From NCBI GenBank assembly GCA_041677685.1, contig JBAYPN010000017.1:1-15291 (forward strand): DNA of 15,291 nucleotides, in the 5' to 3' direction. The DNA is from an archaeon (GTDB lineage Archaea; Iainarchaeota; Iainarchaeia; Iainarchaeales; CSSED10-239). A program made the translations under genes and the position numbers. Positions within the stretch are counted from its first letter, which is position 1, and every line of letters begins with the position of its first letter. Shown piece by piece: positions 12,583 to 15,291 of the stretch. The notes beneath the pieces were generated by a model. It was not told the origin of the DNA. It worked only from the letters and a program-made list of their open reading frames with translations, and made no database searches.

Positions 12583-12589
12583 TTTTTTT
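12583..12589 (+). terminator. oligo-T (T7) after tRNA-Arg, overlapping a possible TATA-like element for argS
   Basis: GC-TTTTTTT-AAATTA directly follows the tRNA. TTTTAAAT (12586-12593) is centred about 22 nt upstream of the argS ATG. Confidence 0.45.
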
Positions 12590-12611
12590 AAATTAGAGAT
12601 TACTGTGTGTT

Positions 12612-14315
12612 ATGGAATATAAAAGAGAAATATCTAAAATAATATTTGATTATTTTTCAAATAAAGAAATTACTGAAGAAAAAATCTATAAGTCTTTAGA
12701 AGTTCCACCTAACCAAGATCTTGGTAACTACTCTTTACCTTGCTTTTTCTTATCTAAGTTGCTTAAAAAATCTCCGGTGGTTATTGCAAAAGATCTAGCT
12801 GGTAGTTTAAGGTCTAAGGATTTTGAATTTTTTGAAGTTAATGGTTATCTAAACATAAAGATTAATTCTTTTTTATTATTTAAAAACACCATTTCAGATA
12901 TTTTAAACTTAAAAGAAAACTTTACAAAAAGAAATATTGATTCTAGGACATATGTGATTGACACCTTTAATCCAAATCCTCTAAAAACATTACATGTTGG
13001 ACACATAAGAAACGCAGTTACTGGCCAAGTAGTTTACAATCTCTTAAAAGAAATTGGTGCAAACCCAAAAGCTGTAACTTATAATGGAGATGTTGGAACT
13101 CATGTTTCTAAGTGGTTATGGTATTATTATAAATTTTTAGAAAAAAATAAAAAAGAGATTCCAAAAAGTTATGTAAGCAAATGGTTTGGTGAAATCTATA
13201 TTTCTGCAGGAAACAAGGTTGCTGAAAATCCTGACATCTACAAAAAAGAAATTGATGATTTGCAAGTTAAGCTGATGACAGATGAAAGTTTACAAAAAGA
13301 TCTAAAAAAATTTGTGACTGCAAGCTTTAATAGTTTTTTAGAGGTTGGAAAAGAACTAGGGATAACTGTTGACCACACGATTTTTGAAAGTCAAGCTGAA
13401 AAGAAGTTTTTAGAAATAAAGACAGACCTTTTTAAAAAATACAAAGACATTTTTGTAGAGGACGACGGAGCTATTGTTGCTGATCTTGGTTCAAAGGAAC
13501 TTGGAAACTTTATTTTAATCAAAGGTAATGGTGCTCTTCTCTATGGTGCAAAAGACATAGGCTTAATTAATTTAAAGAAAGAAAAATATCCTGACTGTAA
13601 TGATTTTTTATATGTTGTTGCCTGTGAGCAAGATTTTTATTTAAAACAGTTATTTAGATTATTTAAATTTATCTACCCTAACTTCAATAATCTACACATA
13701 AGTCATGGACTAATAAACACCCCAGAAGGAAAAATGAAATCAAGAGAAGGTGGAATGACTTTATATGAGGACTTTAGAGATGAAGTTTTTACAAAAGTTA
13801 ATAAAGTATTAACGGAGAATGGATTAGATTCAGATCAATCAACTCTAAAAAAAATATCCTTTGGAACAATAATTTTTGAGATGTTAAAAATAAATACTTC
13901 TAAAAATCTAGTCTTTGATCTAGATGTTGCAACAGACTTAGCAGGAGACTCTTGCTCTTATGTTCAATATACAGGTGTTAGAGCAAAGGGTATTTTAGAA
14001 AAAGCAAACCTAAGTAATATTAGCCTAAAAGATCTTTCTAAAGCTACTTTAGAAAATGAAGAGCTATTGTTAATAAACAAGTTTCAAGAGTTACAAGAAA
14101 AAATAGAATATTCAGCAAGAAACTATAAACCGCACATTATTGCAAACTATGCACTTGAGCTTGCACATCTGTTTAATAAATTTTACACCACTTGTCAAGT
14201 CTTGGTTGAAGATGAGGCTATTAAAAAAAATAGAGTTTTAATTATCAAAGCATATATTATAGTTTTAACAAAAACCCTTTCAATTTTAGGGATTGAAATG
14301 CCTGAAAAGATGTGA
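12612..14315 (+). CDS. argS: arginyl-tRNA synthetase
   Basis: The N-terminal additional domain is present (DLGNYSLPCFFLSKLLKKSPVVIAKDL). The HIGH motif reads NPNPLKTLHVGHIRNAVTG. The KMSKS-equivalent reads GKMKSREGG. The DALR anticodon-binding domain is present (YVQYTGVRAKGILEK, PHIIANYALELAHLFNKFY). The C-terminal residue is the characteristic Met (...PEKM). Confidence 0.95.
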   Translation: MEYKREISKIIFDYFSNKEITEEKIYKSLEVPPNQDLGNYSLPCFFLSKLLKKSPVVIAKDLAGSLRSKDFEFFEVNGYLNIKINSFLLFKNTISDILNLKENFTKRNIDSRTYVIDTFNPNPLKTLHVGHIRNAVTGQVVYNLLKEIGANPKAVTYNGDVGTHVSKWLWYYYKFLEKNKKEIPKSYVSKWFGEIYISAGNKVAENPDIYKKEIDDLQVKLMTDESLQKDLKKFVTASFNSFLEVGKELGITVDHTIFESQAEKKFLEIKTDLFKKYKDIFVEDDGAIVADLGSKELGNFILIKGNGALLYGAKDIGLINLKKEKYPDCNDFLYVVACEQDFYLKQLFRLFKFIYPNFNNLHISHGLINTPEGKMKSREGGMTLYEDFRDEVFTKVNKVLTENGLDSDQSTLKKISFGTIIFEMLKINTSKNLVFDLDVATDLAGDSCSYVQYTGVRAKGILEKANLSNISLKDLSKATLENEELLLINKFQELQEKIEYSARNYKPHIIANYALELAHLFNKFYTTCQVLVEDEAIKKNRVLIIKAYIIVLTKTLSILGIEMPEKM

Positions 14316-14932
14316 TTAAACAAATGGAATATTTTGATATAATTTATGAAGAGTTATTAGAAAATAATAGCTTTAAAAAAATTGAAGACACTTTCTTAAG
14401 TTTAGGCTATAAACATGTCTTTGTGGTAAGAGAGATTAACACCCAAGAAAGTCTAACCTCTCAGTTTCTTTTACCAAAATCTAAAAAATTAAAATTCCAT
14501 AAGTTATTTTTATTTTCTGATCTAAAATTATTAAATAAATATAAATCTTTAGAAAAAATAATCTATGTTGGTGGTAACTTAAAAGAAAACACTCTAGCAA
14601 TAAACAATTTAAAAGTAAATATTCTTTTAAACCCAATTTCAGAGAAGTTAAGTTTTGATGAGCAGTCTGCAAACATGATTAAACAACAAAATAAAATTGT
14701 TGCTTTTAAGACTTCTCTTTACACAGATAGGTTTGTACTTAGAAATTTAAAACAAACTCAGTTTATAATAGATTTGTTAAAAATAAAGCAAGCAGATTTT
14801 ATATTCTCTTCTTTTGCAAGAAACTATGAAGAACTAGTAGATATTAATATCTTAAAATCTTTTTTAATAAACTTTAATTTAGAGGAGCAATTTATAGATA
14901 GGTTGTTAGACAGAAAAATACTATTAGAATAA
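14312..14932 (+). CDS. rnp3: RNase P protein component 3 (Rpp30 family)
   Basis: About 200 aa. By eye it is collinear with Pyrococcus Rpp30 over VNILLNP...FDEQSANMIKQQNKIVAFKTSL......LRNLKQTQFIIDLLKIKQADFIFSSFARNYEELVDINILKSF. It is followed by the partner subunit Pop5, and these two subunits form a complex. The start is either GTG 14312, which overlaps the argS TGA in ATGTGA, or ATG 14324 (MEYFDI...). Confidence 0.7.
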   Translation: MIKQMEYFDIIYEELLENNSFKKIEDTFLSLGYKHVFVVREINTQESLTSQFLLPKSKKLKFHKLFLFSDLKLLNKYKSLEKIIYVGGNLKENTLAINNLKVNILLNPISEKLSFDEQSANMIKQQNKIVAFKTSLYTDRFVLRNLKQTQFIIDLLKIKQADFIFSSFARNYEELVDINILKSFLINFNLEEQFIDRLLDRKILLE

Positions 14933-14967
14933 TTGTTAGGTAAGAAAATTAAAATTTAAAATTAAAG

Positions 14968-14995
14968 TTGAAAACTAAGAATTGAAAACTAAGAA
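14968..14995. repeat. perfect tandem duplication of the 14-mer TTGAAAACTAAGAA
   Basis: Copies at 14968-14981 and 14982-14995 are identical. They lie in the 84-nt spacer between rnp3 and rnp2. Confidence 0.85.
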
Positions 14996-15016
14996 AAAAT
15001 AAAGTGATTGATAAAA

Positions 15017-15291
15017 ATGGTTGTAAATAAAAAGAAACTAAATGTGATCAGACCAACTTTAAGGCACAAGAAAAGATATGTGCATTTCTCTTTCTCAAAG
15101 GAAATATTGTCTGATCCTTACAATTTATTTACAATCTTGAATAATAATTTTCAAAAGGTCTTTGGTGTTTTTCTAACAGCCAAAGCAAATATAACAGTAA
15201 TAGATTTAGATCTAGAAAAAAGAGAAGTTATTGTAAGAGTAAATAAATTTTATTTAAATCAATTTTTAGGATCTTTATTTTTTTTAAAAAA
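15017..15291 (+). CDS. rnp2: RNase P protein component 2 (Pop5 family), 3'-truncated by the window edge
   Basis: I translated this frame by hand as MVVNKKKLNVIRPTLRHKKRYVHFSFSKE...VIVRVNKFYLNQFLGSLFFLK, and it stays open to the window end. RPTLRHKKRYVHFSF matches the Pop5 N-terminal signature (lpPtlReK.RYi.fei), and the (i)vRv.....l..aL motif follows. It is not in the ORF track because it has no stop within the window. Confidence 0.75.
   Translation, partial: MVVNKKKLNVIRPTLRHKKRYVHFSFSKEILSDPYNLFTILNNNFQKVFGVFLTAKANITVIDLDLEKREVIVRVNKFYLNQFLGSLFFLK

Noticed and set aside
1163-14672. Eleven antisense or overlapping ORFs of 60-92 aa in the track: 1163-1345, 2045-2269, 3694-3879, 3807-4031, 5529-5807, 5913-6173, 7062-7325, 9636-9818, 9981-10259, 10997-11242 and 14481-14672.
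   Set aside because: Each lies almost entirely inside, and mostly antisense to, a confidently identified gene. Their translations are low-complexity Ser/Leu/Ile/Phe/Lys strings, typical of shadow frames in AT-rich DNA. None has a ribosome-binding site or TATA context.

Overview
This is an AT-rich, tightly packed archaeal chromosomal segment. The archaeal markers are RadA, Mre11, Taw1, the RNase P proteins Rpp30 and Pop5, two tRNAs without encoded CCA, TATA-like boxes about 25-30 nt upstream of starts, and GGTGA-type ribosome-binding sites. The Lys-rich proteins and compact layout suggest a small-genome (DPANN-like) archaeon, but that is inference only.

Gene order:
- a partial CDS at the left edge, then a small hypothetical CDS;
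- a minus-strand five-gene Fe-S cluster operon: ArsR-type regulator, IscS, an unknown kinase-fold protein, IscU, and a DUF1858 CxxC protein;
- an orphan mre11;
- tRNA-Cys(GCA);
- a PEP-synthase-family protein whose C-terminal barrel looks catalytically eroded;
- radA;
- a minus-strand pair of taw1 (radical SAM) and a 289-aa protein made only of an [FeFe]-hydrogenase H-domain;
- a membrane-anchored DsbA-like oxidoreductase whose catalytic domain looks circularly permuted;
- tRNA-Arg(UCU) directly upstream of argS;
- rnp3 (Rpp30) and a partial rnp2 (Pop5).

I found no CRISPR array, transposase, integrase or obvious defence genes.

The most interesting items, in order:
1. the minimal [FeFe]-hydrogenase-like gene in an archaeal context;
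2. the kinase-like protein with its catalytic Asp replaced, inserted between iscS and iscU;
3. the permuted DsbA-like protein;
4. the degenerate PEP-synthase paralogue.

All family calls come from motif recognition by eye. No searches were run.
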